A stretch of 64,000 nt of DNA from assembly GCF_009914755.1 (NCBI RefSeq), contig NC_060947.1. One strand, given 5' to 3'. The position numbers and the translations under genes were made by a program. This document shows positions 30,141 to 43,330 of the stretch, in pieces. Each line of letters starts with the position of its first letter. Within the stretch, counting starts at the first letter, position 1. The stretch is from the human T2T-CHM13v2.0 reference genome, Homo sapiens. The notes under the pieces were generated by a model. It made no database searches. It saw only the letters and a list, made by a program, of their open reading frames with translations, and was not told the DNA's origin.

Positions 30141-30189
30141 TACCACTCTAGCTAGTTTAGGCCCGTAATAATTTATTACAAAGCATTCG

Positions 30190-30490
30190 GGCTGGGTGTG
30201 GTGGCTCACACCTATAATCCCAGCACTTTGGGAGGCCGAGGCGGGCAGATCACCTGAGGTCAGGAATTCAAGACCAATCTAGCCAATGTGGTGAAACCCC
30301 ATCTCTACTAAAAATACAAAAATTAGCTGGTCGTGGTGGCACACGCCTGTAGTCTCAGCTACTCAGGAGGCAGAAGCAGGAGAATCCGCTTGAACCCAGG
30401 AGGCAGAGGTTGCAGTGAGCCAAGATTGTGCCTCTGCACTCCAGCCTGGGTGACATAGCAAGACTCAAACAACAACAACAACAACCAAAT
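30190..30490 (+). mobile_element. AluS with (CAA)n tail
   Basis: ggctgggtgtggtggctcac..gatcacctgaggtcagg. Confidence 0.93.
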
Positions 30491-30939
30491 AATTTACTGT
30501 TTCAGGAAACACTGGGAGGGTCAGAGAATCTGATTTGGAGGCTATACAGTCAGGAACAACACCTTAGTTATACCACTTGTATGCTCCAGTCGAGGTCTTG
30601 CTGGGTACTATCACCATATAGCCTCATATCATGGCCGAACTGCATGGAATGCTATGGCCAGCACTGCTCGATGCCTTTTTGTCACATCTGCCACACTCAC
30701 GTGAACAATGATTCTATGTAATGCCTACTTTCTTACCCAGCTGTCTTCTGAATCAAAGTTGCAGGTGGGTGCATCTGATTGGCTGAGCTTAGGAAAAACA
30801 CTTGTGCCCAAGCTGTGAGGGAGGCTGGGAAAGTATGTGGGTTTCCACCTCTGGGATGTGGGAACCTAACGTGGGAATTCCTCAAATATAAGAGAGTTAG
30901 TTGTTCAAAAGATGCTGGACAGAGCAAATGTCCACTATG

Positions 30940-31420
30940 GTCTTAGTTTGGGTTCCCTGAAACTTGAAACAATCCCTGAAACAAGGGCTTGGTAGCTTAT
31001 TTGAGAGATGATCCCAGGAAGTAGGGATGAGGGAGTTGTGTGAGTGAGATAGGGAAGCAGGAATAAGCAATCAAATGTACTTTATTGAGCTAGTTGTCCT
31101 GGTGGTCAACTGGGGCTCAATGTGTAGAATACATCTTAGAAATGTCTCCCCATTGTTGGGGGACACAGGAGCATTTATATACTCTCATTATCCATTTGTT
31201 GAGAGTTTTCTCTGGGACAATAACTTCATCCCCCACCCCAAGTGTGCTTCTGGACTGTTCTGTATGAGAAAACAACCTTGAAAAAGCTTTAGCAAAAGTC
31301 CTGAGGCAAAAAAAGAAAAGCTGAGAGACATGGAAGATCATGAGGTGGGACAGTAGGATGATTCTAGTCTGCATGGTAACTGTCCACACAGCTGCAGTGA
31401 AAATCAGAGGTGGTGGAGGG
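30940..31420 (-). mobile_element. LTR33/LTR16-family LTR
   Basis: gtcttagtttgggttccct..gatcccaggaag..caactggggctcaa. Confidence 0.65.
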
Positions 31421-33239
31421 GACCCATCTCCTTTCAGTTAATTCTATATATCATTAGCTGATGAAAGTGCTGCTGTAGTCATACTATCCTTCTGTTCATA
31501 AACTTGCAAAACTCATGCCTGACATTCAAAGTCCTCTTAGGCGTGGCCCCACAGACCTTTCTAGCCTTCTCTCCTGTGGCCAGTATATGAAAATATAGCA
31601 TGGTGCTCCTAGAATTTGGTGATATTTCTGAAGCAACTCAGAAAAGCAGAAGTGTTGCTGAAATCTGATCAAAAGGCTGGTGTCAAATAAGGGTATCTGG
31701 CTTTTGGAGGGTGACATCCACGTCTGCAGATGCTGCCCCAGGAAAGGGAACTTTACTATTCCCTCTTCTTCTACTTCCTGTTGCAACCAATAATGGCTCT
31801 TCCTACCATTAAAAAAAAGGGTATCTGCCACGGATACATGAGTTTAGTACACTTCAGTGAGACCACCCAGAGGAGACCATCCCACACACTCTCTTTCTCT
31901 GGAAGAATAAACTGAACTCTGGATGACTTAAGTGGGAAAAGATTTCACAAAAAGATTTTGGGTGGCTCATAGTGTTGCCAGGATGGCTGGAACCTAGCTC
32001 AGATATTAGCTGATATGGCCAAAACTTTGCTAAAAATCACATCTCAATGTGACACTCCTGCTTTCAGTGAACACTGGAGGCCACAGCTTGTGTCACCAGA
32101 CCAGTGGAGGTGGACAATGGATGCTATCCCCTCTGCCCTGGAATCCTGATGTGGCTCCCATTGCTGTCAGTGCTGTTGCCACCATCACCAAGATGGATTC
32201 TCCATTGTCCCTGCTTTTATATTTTGTTCAGCTCCCAACTTTAGTCTGGGAAGAGTGTGTGCAATTGTTGGAGTAATATCAGACTGGCAAGGAACGTGAA
32301 ATAGTAAGTGTAGTAAGACATTATCCACCTTGAGGCATCTTTCTCCCGTGACCAAACTTCTTGCTTTCAAAAAAATAAATTGCACAACTTGGTCTGCATA
32401 CTACCAGATGATCTCTAAGGTCCTTTTTGCCTCTGAGAGTCTGTGATTTGCTCATTTTCTATTGCTAACTACATTTTCAGTGTGGGATTTATTCTGCAGG
32501 GGCAAGGCTATTACAAAAAATATGGATATGTTTCTTGGCTCGTTTACTTCTCAATTTTATGCTACCAATTTTTGTTTCAAACTAGAATGGAAGGGCAGAA
32601 TCCACATTTCTTGAGAGCAGCAGACTGCATTAACTTAATGTCTTTGTATTTTGAGACAGCCAAAGGGCTGTGTCAAAGCTATTTAGTTGTTTTTACTCCC
32701 ATAATTATGCTGGTCTTAGAATGGTGGGTGTGATTTCTCAGGCATTCTATTACAGTTGGGAATACGAAGCTGCCTTTCAAAATTGCTAAAAGCACCTCAG
32801 TGCATCTGCAGTACGATAATACTAATCCTAGCCCTGGCATAAATGCTAGTTTTATGGCTGCACACGCAGTAAAAAGTATATTTTAGACTGAAGAAAATGC
32901 CAGTGTTCAGATAGTTTTGACTTTATTTTGTCTGTTGGTCTGTAATAATCATGTTTAATTTTGACACATTTAGTTAGACATATGAAACCTAAATGCTTTG
33001 TTACGGTAAAAGAACTTGGAGCTGAACTAAAATTTCAGTAATTTGTTGAAGAATTGTGTAATCTACTGGGGAAAATGTACTCCTGTACATATTGTCACTT
33101 AATTATATGAAAATGTAAAAATCATTGGTCATATTTCTATTAGGTCTTAAATGGAAGATAAAGTAATAGAATTGTGAAATCTTGGATTTGGTAAGAATCA
33201 TTCATATTCATTTTGTCCTGTGTTTTATTGAATTATTTT

Positions 33240-33500
33240 TAGGTATTCTGTGAAAAAAAGGGTGGTTCTGAGGTCAAAGAAGTATAAGGAATGCTGCATT
33301 CTATGCCTCTTGTGTGGAGATTCCCAACATATGTTAATACTTTAACGGCACCTAGAAGTCCCACAGTAAAGAAACCTGTTTACTTTTGTAGCATGCTTCT
33401 TAAATTTGACCACAAAACTTGTCTTTTGTTTATTTATTTATTTTTTACAAAAACCTGTTGACATATGAGATAATCAAAGGTTCCATTCAGTTTGGAAAAC
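33240..33500. mobile_element. hAT-Charlie MITE remnant
   Basis: gaagtcccacagtaaagaaacctgttta..tttgaccaca. Confidence 0.5.
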
Positions 33501-34234
33501 ACATCTCTCATAACCTCCTATCCCATTCATAACATCCTTGCCAGACATTTGGTCATCCAGACTTTGTTTGATGGTTACCTCGGCAAATTCAAAAACAGCA
33601 TTAAAAAAATAGACCGTGGTACTGAGATGAGCAACACACCGACTCTCATTATTTCATCGGGACCTTCAAAGAGCGAACTCACCTAAACTATTAAGTTACA
33701 AAAGAATAACTTGAAGAGTTAAAACAAAGTTAGCAGTTAATCGATGTAACTTTCATCAAACTATCTTACAGTCAAACCTTAGACTGTCTAGAGGAATTCT
33801 TAATTATTGAGTGCTGTCCTCAAAATGTCATCTCATATTCTTTGGTTTTCATTTTACTTTCTTTTGGTATTACTACTGCATTGTACTTAGTTACAGTTGC
33901 CACATATCACCGATGTGCTATAATTTTGTGGTTCCAGTGCCAAAATAGAAACTTTCTATATGAATTGAAAGGTGTTTTCACAGATGTGTAGCCATAGCAT
34001 GATGTTTGCCATCCCTTGTCAAATTCGAGAATGGAAGGTATGGGTGCTATTGTATTGTTTTTGCTTTGGAGCCAATTCCTCTCCCCAGTTCTGGGATATG
34101 GCTCTGGCCTGGCCAGTCAATGCAATCCTTTCCCTTGACCGCAATGATTGATTCAGGGGTGAGCATATGACCCAAGGTAAACCAATGAAACTCATTTCTG
34201 GAACTCTGCATTAGGAGCCAATTCTCCATTGGTC

Positions 34235-34706
34235 TCCAGCATTACTGCACGCCTTACAACTGAGGCATCAAATGCTCTTTTTTGAAGATTATCTTTTCGA
34301 GGAGGTTCATGTATCAACAACCTTGAAAGACTGTGATATTATCTCCCTCCAGGCCAAAAAGACAGGTATGCTTACTGTCCAGTGTAATGAAGATAATTTC
34401 TCTCTCTAGATCAAGGAGCAGGCATGCTTTCTGCCCACTATTAAAGTGTCAGGTTCATTGAACTTAAGGCTCCTCTCCTGTAATGCAATCTGTTGCATGT
34501 AGAGGTGTCACCTGGCTCTCTGTATATTGCCCTGTGGGAATTGGATCTTGGGGAACCAGCACAACACTGGTTAGCAGATAATCTAGCTACTGCTATTGTT
34601 GTAAGAAACTGTCCTTCATTTCTGACCTAGGAGTCTCATATCTTCATGTAGCATTCACGAAACATGGACAAATGTAAAATCCCAGATCCTTCACAGTTCT
34701 TGACAC
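34235..34706. mobile_element. ERVL-type LTR (MER70-like, family uncertain) inside an MLT1 remnant (~34050-34870)
   Basis: Ends gtaaaatcccagatccttcacagttcttgaca; internal duplicated gcatgcttactgccca-type motif. Confidence 0.55.
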
Positions 34707-35459
34707 TTTGGTTGTAACGCTTAGTTGTTTTTCTGCTGAAGTTTGCGAGGAGATAGGGGTGTAAACTTGAACCTGCTCACAGCCATCTTGTCACCACAAG
34801 AGAAGAGCTTGTCTGCCTTGGAATGAAACCAATACCGAGGAAGGAAAAGGATAGACACAGGGAGAGGGAATGAGGTGGGGGTGGGAGAACCGCTGTCACA
34901 GCTGCCTCTTGTTAATTACCTAGTATGTACCAGGCAGTGTTAGGCACTGTTTGTACTTTTATCATCCAATTCTTCTGCAACCTTAACAAGTTGGTATTTT
35001 ATCCCCATTTTACAGAAAAGGCAGCTGAGTATCAACAGTTAGGCTCTTCTTAAATGTGGGCAGTAAAGAGAAAGAAATACAAATACCATTCTCTTTCCCT
35101 TTTATTTAGCTCTTTCCTATTAAGGCCTAAATAGAAAATATTACACAATATAAACCTAAAATAATTTTACAGTATTAAAATTTATGAAGGCATAATTTAT
35201 ATATAATACAAAGCACAGATCTCTAGTGTAGTTTGATGAGTTTTGACAAGTGTGTGCACCGTTAGCCACCCCATCAACATCTGGAAGTTGTTAAAATACT
35301 AAAATATTAAACAGTGTCAACATGAAATAATTTTCCAATAATTATTTTTAAATACACTGAAGAGTAACTTCAAAAGAAAAAATGTAGGCTCAAATGGTAC
35401 ATTTTTTTCTTATAGTAAACTGCAAGTATCATACACCCCACTTAAACCTATGCTTTCCC

Positions 35460-35660
35460 CATCCCTTAGGCTTAGAAGTGCAAAGACCTTAGACAATTTC
35501 TTTACCTTTGTGGGCCTCACTTGCCTTGTCTATAAAATGAAGATTCATAAGAGTACCCACATCATAGGCTTGTGGTGATTAAATGAGTCGCTACATCTAA
35601 AGCGTTTAGAACAGTACTTTGCACACAGCAAGGCTTTGATACGTGAGAGGTATTACTGCT
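35460..35660 (+). mobile_element. MIR
   Basis: tgggcctcacttgccttgtctataaaatga..aaagcgtttagaacagt. Confidence 0.7.
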
Positions 35661-36623
35661 AACGCTGCTGCTGTTTTTATTTGAGGGTATGAGAGTGGGT
35701 GAAGTGAGGAAGGAGGGAAGAAGAAGCATAGCGAAGCCTTCAGAGACTATCTCCCCCTTTCCAGCTTCCTTTTGTCCCTTTTAAAATTCTCATTCCAAAG
35801 AGAAAAATGGACAGAAAAGAATATAATTTTTTCCAACCTTTTGATAATTTCCCTCAGATCAGCAGCCTAGGTTCTAGGTTCTAGATTTCACTTTATTGAT
35901 ATTCATAACTTTGGTATGCTCTTCAATTTTATTATCCTTTCAGATACCAACTTTTTTTTTTAAAAAAGGAGGCCTTACCTCTTCTCTGTTCCTGATTTCT
36001 GTACCACTGGAACTCTTTAGCAAAAAAGTCCATCTCACTAAGCTTAAACAACTTGAAACAGATACTTCTTCAGACCTGCTTTAAAAAAAACAAAAAACAA
36101 TTGACCTCTAAAATATACAAGTGCATATTTTCTCACTTAATTGATTTTTAAATAGTTTGTTTTGATACCAATCTTATTAGCAGCCACTGATTCGAATGTG
36201 ACCCTTGCTCACCCTCGTCTTGTCTTGGCATCACAGCCCTTGGGCTTGGCTTCTTTCCCTCCCTCGGCTTTGGACTTTTTTCAGTTCGCTAAGGTACAGA
36301 GGGCAGGGGCAGGTCTGGGGAGAGCTGGTAGAGGGACATTTCCGCTGTTCACTCTCATTGCCTGCTGTTCTGTTTCCTGAAAAGATGCTTATTTTTGCTT
36401 GTTCATAAGTGGGACAACAGAGCTCTTATTCTCCTATTGATGCCAGTTTCGTTCTACAAGGGATTTGAGATGACCGCTTCCTTAATGCTGCTGCAGACAA
36501 GCTGAGAACAATGGAACTCTGGGCTGGGACTAGTCTTTCTTATCTAGTGATGGGTATATGTCAAAAATAGGAATAAAACCAAAAATGGCCAATGGTATCA
36601 TTAACACTAATAACATAGCTTGG

Positions 36624-36799
36624 CAGTGCTGACAGTTTTTCATCTCAGGCTCCCTTTTATACTCTAAAAAATAATTGAGGGTCCCAAAGAGCTATTGTTT
36701 TGTGTGTTATATAACTATGAAAATAGTTTTGACCTTGTGGACCCCCTGAAAGGGTTTTGGGGAGACTCATGGATCCCTGAACTCCACTTTGAGAACTGT
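36624..36799 (-). mobile_element. Charlie1-family internal-deletion MITE
   Basis: Both ends resemble the reverse complement of Charlie1a termini. Confidence 0.65.
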
Positions 36800-36976
36800 G
36801 GACATAGATGAACTTATTTTTAAAATGAATTCAGGCAGTTAAAAGTCATGGAGGAACTAAGGGATGATAAAGACAAAGCCAGATTCTGTATAATTAAGGA
36901 GGAAATGAGTTTTTTTCTTTCTAGGTGACTCTGAGAAATAAGATTTTGAGTAAGTCAAGTATAGGGAAAACTAGGC

Positions 36977-37190
36977 CAGTCCTGTCCATTGCAGAACTTT
37001 CTGCAATGGTGGAGATGTTTATATTTGCTCTGTCCAATACTGTAGCCACTAGCCACATGTGGCTATTAAGCACTTGAAATGTGGAAAATGAGATTAAGGA
37101 ATAAAATTTTTAATGTTATTATTTAACTGATTTAAATTTAAACTGAAATAGACACATGTGGCCAGTGGCTACCATATTGGGTGACAGAGT
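36977..37190. mobile_element. MER3 hAT MITE
   Basis: gaactttctgcaatggtggag..tagccactagccacatgtggctatt..cacatgtggccagtggctacc. Confidence 0.85.
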
Positions 37191-37255
37191 TCTAGACATG
37201 GGAACTGCCTGAAGGAAGCCACTCTATCAAAGGAGCAAGAAATCTTCCCATTGGT

Positions 37256-37722
<467 letters not shown>

Positions 37723-38729
37723 TCATTTCTTATTGACGATTGTTACACAGTACTGTAATTTCTCAAGGTGTGTAGTACTGCCATAATTGCATGCACAATG
37801 TCATTTATGATGATTTGGCTTTGTCAGGGATACCAGGATTAGGGCATCCAGAAGGTGGTTGTTCCCATTCTCAAGGTAGTGGCCCTGTTTCGTATTGGGA
37901 TGAGGCATGTCTCCTGCCTCATCCTACTCCCAACATTGGTCTTGGTGAGATGTGTAAGGGAGAAAAAGAGGTAGTATATATGATAGCCCTGGTACAATTT
38001 CTTGAACAAACTAGGGGCTCAATAAATGTTAGTTTCATTGTTTCTTGGGGACAAGGAACCTGGAAAGCAGGAGGTGGAGATGAAGTTGGTGAACTGACTG
38101 CTGCGGAAGTTATTGGGCTGTGAAAGGCCCAAACCTGAGGTCCTCATTCTGGATACCGAGCAGGGGTGCTCCCAGGACAAGGAGTTATGCATTACTCCAG
38201 GGCATGTGCCTGTGACTGGGGCCTCAGTTTCCTCATCTATAAAGTAGAAGGCTTGCAGGAGATCAGTGACCCATCCTCACCCAGTTCTGAGAGCAGCTTC
38301 TCTGTACCACAGTGCTACTATGCCATGAGAACTATTGAACTAGGTGATCTGTATAACTTATTGTAGAAAAGAACAAAGGTAGTATGTGGACTGTTGGCTA
38401 GGAACTTCAGCAGCTCCTTCACTGTTTGAACACATGTCAAGCCCTCCATGTGGTCTTACAGACAATTAAAATGAGTTGGACAATTACCCTATGGTTTTAA
38501 TTGGTATAGTCAGCCAATAAGGGTAATTCATAAAAAGTCTTGCTTTTTCTTTGTCTGTGTAATAATTGCCTCTAATCTAGGTCTGACAGAATAAGGACCT
38601 GCACTGGAGTGTCAGCAACAGGAACAGAGAGGAAGCAGTACACTGAGAAAGGAATTCGAAGGAAATTAAGAAGGTACTAAGATTGGCTACAGAGGTAAAG
38701 GAGAAGCAAGAGGCAAAGACGATGTAGGA

Positions 38730-38938
38730 CGGTGGTTCTCAAAGTATGGTCGATCCCAGGACCAGCAGCATAGCATCATCTGGGAACTTGCTAGAAATGC
38801 AAATTATCAAGCCCCTCCATTTCTCTTCCCCTCCCCTCTTCCACTTACTGAATCAGAAACTCTGGGGCAGGTGCCCAGTGAATTGTCTTAAGAAGCTCTC
38901 CATGTGATTATGATATGCACCGAAGGTTGAGGACCCCT
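38730..38938. mobile_element. MER5A
   Basis: gtggttctcaaagtatggtc..cagcagcat..gggaacttgctagaaatgcaaatt. Confidence 0.85.
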
Positions 38939-39023
38939 GGTGCAGTGGATGCTGCTGGTACCCTACCCAAATACCCCAGGCTGTGCATCCATTCCCTGGC
39001 TGCTGTGAATACTGGTTGGCTGT

Positions 39024-39385
39024 TAATATGGTTTGGCTGCATCCCTACCCAAATCTTATCTTGAATTGTAGCTCCCATAATTCCCACGTGTTATGGGAGG
39101 AAACTTGTGGGAGATAATTGAATCATGGGGGCAGTTTCCCCCATACTATTCTCGTGGTAGTGAATACGCCTCATGAGATCTGATCGCTTTGTAAGGGGAA
39201 ACCCCTTCCTCTTGGCTCTCATTCTCTCTAGTCTGCTGCCATGTAAGATGTGCCTTTGGCCTTCCACCATGATTGTGAAGCCTCCCTAGCCACGTGGAAC
39301 TGTGTGTCCATTAAACTTCTTTTTCCTTATAAATTACCCAGTCTTGAGTATGTCTTTATCAGCAGCATGAAAATGAACTGATACA
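39024..39385 (+). mobile_element. THE1B solo LTR
   Basis: taatatggtttggctg..ttgaattgtagctcccataattcccacgtg..aactgataca; TSD gctgt/gctat. Confidence 0.9.
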
Positions 39386-39387
39386 GC

Positions 39388-39851
39388 TATATTAGTCAAG
39401 GTTCTTTAGAGAAATAGAAATTTATTATAAGGAATTGACTCATACAATTATGGGGGCTGAGAGGTCCCATGATCTGCCTTTTGTAGAGACCCAGGAAAGT
39501 CAGTGAGGTTTGAAGCCTTGACAGCCAGAGAGCCAATGGTGTAGACTTCAGTCTGAGTCTAACGGCCTAAGAACTGGGAGTGCTGAGGGCAGGAGAAGAT
39601 TGATGTTTCAGTGCAAGCCAACAGGCAAAGAGTGAAATTAACCTTCCTCCACCCTTTTGTTCTATTCAGGCCCTCAGTGGATTGGGTGATGGCCACCCAC
39701 ATTGGGTAGGGCCATCTGCTTTACTTACTTTACTAGTCAAATACTAATTTCTTCTGGAAACACCCCCACAGACACACCCAGAAATAATGCTTAACCAGAT
39801 ATCTGGGCATCCCTGGCCCCATCAAGTTGACACATAAACTTAACCATCACG
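39388..39851 (-). mobile_element. MLT2 (B/C-like) LTR
   Basis: tattagtcaaggttct..tttattataaggaattgactca..caagttgacacataaacttaaccatcac. Confidence 0.85.
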
Positions 39852-40309
39852 GTTGCTAACCGTTCATAGCTGCCCCCCGTCTCAGGATACTTCCCCCTAG
39901 CTGAACAGGAGCTACAGAATCTGAGAAGTTAAAGCCCATTTCCCCCTACTCTGGGGCCTAGAGTCTGACATTGGGGTATGTAAAGCTGGCCTTTTAGTCT
40001 TGAGGAGAGAGTTTGTGGTGATCCTAAGCCCCTGTGTGGTTCCGCCCAAGGCTGGACTTTATCTAAGACTGTATCCTTGCTTGACGCTTTCCCTGCTCTA
40101 TTCTGCTTCCTCCACTCCATAACTCCAGAACAGGTTTCTCCTGAGCGCATTCGTTCAGTCAGTTACAAGCATCCAAATCCCAGTCTCAGGCTCTGCTTCT
40201 AGGCAAAGCGGATGGCTCTAATGTCGGGGAAGCTAAACATAGGCTCCCAAGGATGTAATGAGTATGTCGAAAATATATGACTCATGATGGCTTGATCTGA
40301 CCTGGAGTT

Positions 40310-40646
40310 TTTATAAAATTATTATTTTTTTCAAATAGTAATACATTTACATGGTTCAAAAATCAAAAAGTAGAAAATAAGATGTGGTGGAAAATCTCTC
40401 TCCTAACCCATTCCTCTATCATCTCCCCATTTACTTCCCTGCATAGGTCACTGCAGTTGTTAATTGCTAATATATCGTTCCAGGGATTTCAAAAATGCAT
40501 AGACAAATAGATACAGATTTATATTATTTTCCCCATCCCCTTTACACAAATGATAGATTTTTATACCCCGTGTTCTGCACCTTGCTTCCCCTTCCCCTTA
40601 CATTATATTTTGGAGGACTTACCACATATATACATAGAGAGCACCC

Positions 40647-40686
<40 letters not shown>

Positions 40687-40780
40687 GCTGCACAGGATTC
40701 CAGTGTAGGGAAACACCATAGGTTTTGTAACTGGTTCCCCCATTCCTGGCCATTTAGGTTATTGTCAATCTTTTGTTTCA
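40310..40780 (-). mobile_element. L1ME 3' fragment
   Basis: agtaatacatttacatggttcaaaatcaaaa..; cagctgca..ttcca; catttaggttattgtcaatc. Confidence 0.6.
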
Positions 40781-41227
40781 ATCCTACTTTTGAAAACTAC
40801 TGGACCACATAAAGTTGCCTATATAAGTGTGATTCTCCACAGTGTGGATGTTTTACATCATTACTAGTCAGGTGTTCAAGGGGGACATGAACTCTTTCAT
40901 AGGGGGCCATGTTAAAGTCTAAAGGTTGTATTATTTGGGAATCTGCCATTTAGGAAAGCCTGATGTCTGAAATGATGTGTGAAAAAAAGCACATAAGTTA
41001 GGAGGTGATGATTTTATTTTTATGACACTTTATTTAATAAGCTTACCACAGTGTTCTTTTAGATGGAGAATTTCTTGGTCTTAAAAATATGATTTAATGG
41101 TACAAAAATCTAAATTACCTTCATCTTTGCAGGAATACATTATTGTATTTAAGCAAGCTGCTTCTGTATTGTTTTATACTTATCACCTACTGTATATGGA
41201 CTTTGCGAGGCCTGTTTAAGCAGTACT

Positions 41228-41301
41228 ATTATTGTTATTTTGAGACAGGGTCTCACTCTGTCACCTAGGCTGAAGTGCAGTGGTGTGATCATAGCTCACT
41301 G
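41228..41301 (-). mobile_element. Severely 5'-truncated AluJ-type fragment
   Basis: ttgagacagggtctcactctgtcacctaggctgaagtgcagtggtgtgatcatagctcactg; imperfect TSD aagcagta/aagcatta. Confidence 0.85.
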
Positions 41302-43044
41302 AAAGCATTAATATATTGTGTTAAAATTTTGTTATAGTGAATGGTCATTGGTTAGGGTTTGGCAATATTATTGTTGAATAAACTTTCTTGGTCAAAATTG
41401 TACTTATTTTTATGAAATCCAATCTGGAATGATCCTTTGGGGTCTTGAAAGATGTAATTCACGTCTTAGAACCTGGCTTTGGAAAAATATTTTGGCTTGG
41501 CATAGTAGATATTTTGTTTTTAATCTGACAAAGCTTTTCAACTCTCTTTACTAGTTTTCTTTTCAATTTGTTAGAATCCTTTAACTAAAAGAATAATGAA
41601 TTTTTTTTTCCAAGAAGGCAGGAGGTACTCTGAATATTTTAAAAATCCATTTCCTAGAAACGAAAATTTTTGTTTTTCCTATTGCTGAGGATAGCGCAAT
41701 TAAATTAGAGACACTCTTGTGGCATTATGAGTAGTTTTCTGAATTTTTCCTTCCCTTTTTGATATGTCAGACCTGTAAAGCATAAATTATAATTTGAGAT
41801 TCAAATTTTGTTGTTTTAGTTCACTTCAAGTAACACCTTGCTGTTAATTTCTACCGATTTCTACTCAAACAGATTGCAAATTGTTTAGAATTGTTACCAG
41901 TACAAATTGTTTAGAATTGTTTCCACAGAGTAGGGAGGTTGTAAAATGTTAATTGAGCGGAAGAATTTGATCTTTGCAGATTAGTGGGTCTTTGTTATCT
42001 CGGAAAGCGGGATTTAAAAAAAATCCTCAACCTTACATATTATCCCCTGAAAATGCCAAACAAAAATAGTAGTTGTAGCTGCTTTAGTATATGCAAGTAA
42101 ACATTTGTTCAGGTGAGAAAGGAATGTGTTATCTAAGGCAAGGGGGAGACCGCTATCACTTGACAGGGGAGGAATTTTAACTGAAAGGGCACTTTCTAAA
42201 TTTCCAGATGAGCCCACAGAAATGACAGACATTGAAGACTCACAGACTTTTGTGAACAGAATTTTTGTGGCAAAACATGGAAAACAGAGAAAGCATGTCA
42301 TGTTTTATCCATGTGCTCGGTTGTGCCAATATTGGCTGAATGTTGCACAACAGCCCGGTAGCTGCACTTACCGCAGCTGTCGTTTAAGGAATGTGGCAGA
42401 TTTGCTAGACTTAAAAATTGTTCCAGCAAAAATTCCATTTTTACTTTAGGAATTTTACTTAGGAATTGGGGAGAAAGCTCAGAAAAATGCAGAGTTGGAT
42501 GCTTGCTGCCATTTACTTGTCCAGTCTCATCTGTCTTCCCTGATATTTGGGCTAGGGGCAGGCACAGCTGGGGCGGAGTCTCAATGGGCTGGACAGGGTT
42601 GGGGAGAGGGAGAAACTGTCTTTTATCCAGGGTGGCAGTGTGTGAAGCTGCTGGGCAAATAACAAGAATCAACTTGGTTGGAGTTGGGGAGGAAGCTGCT
42701 CACCCCAAAACAAGGCAAAGTCCAGAAACAAGTGCCTTGCAAGGACTTCTGAAGCCAGGGGCAAAAAAAAAAAAAAAAAAAAAAGCCTGCAAGGATTTTG
42801 AAGCCTGGTGCTTTCTCTATGCAGTTTCTCTGCAAGCTCTCATGGGCACTGCTGCATCTGAGTCTCCTTTCTCTCCCGTTCTTCCCAGCTCCCTTTCACC
42901 AGTTGACCCGGTGTGGAACTCTGAAAATCTAAGAGCTCACCCATCTGGAATGTTAAGAGGCAGCATCTAGATAAAAGGGACTTGGATTACGCAAGAGAAA
43001 CAGGGCTGCTTTTTCCTTGTCATTTTTTCTTTCTATCTATTTGG

Positions 43045-43330
43045 GTTTTTAAAAATTGTTATAAAATATGCATAACATAAAATTTACCATTTACATGTTT
43101 GAGTGTTCAGTCCAGCGCACACTCAAATACAGTTAAATACATTCCCACTCATGTGCACCCACCACTGTGCATCTATCTCCAGAGAGAGCTTTGTCACCTT
43201 CCCAAACAGAAACTCTGTACCCATTAAACACCAACTCCCACTTCCCCGCTTCCCTGCTTCCCCCAGGTTCTGGCAACCACTCTTCTACTTTCTTCCCTTA
43301 TGAATCTGATTGTCCTAGGTGCCTCATACG
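43045..43330 (-). mobile_element. L1MB 3' end fragment
   Basis: taaaatatgcataacataaaatttaccat..cccaaacagaaactctgtacccattaaac. Confidence 0.8.

Larger units (their letters stand above)
38940..40215 (+). mobile_element. LTR16-family LTR split by MLT2 and THE1B
   Basis: Starts tgcagtggatgctgctgg; resumes ~39852; ends cagtctcaggctctgcttctagg. Confidence 0.65.

Noticed and set aside
42126-42970. 107-aa and 155-aa plus-strand ORFs in unique sequence
   Set aside because: Non-ATG starts, a poly-A-derived Lys run, no recognisable domain or exon structure.
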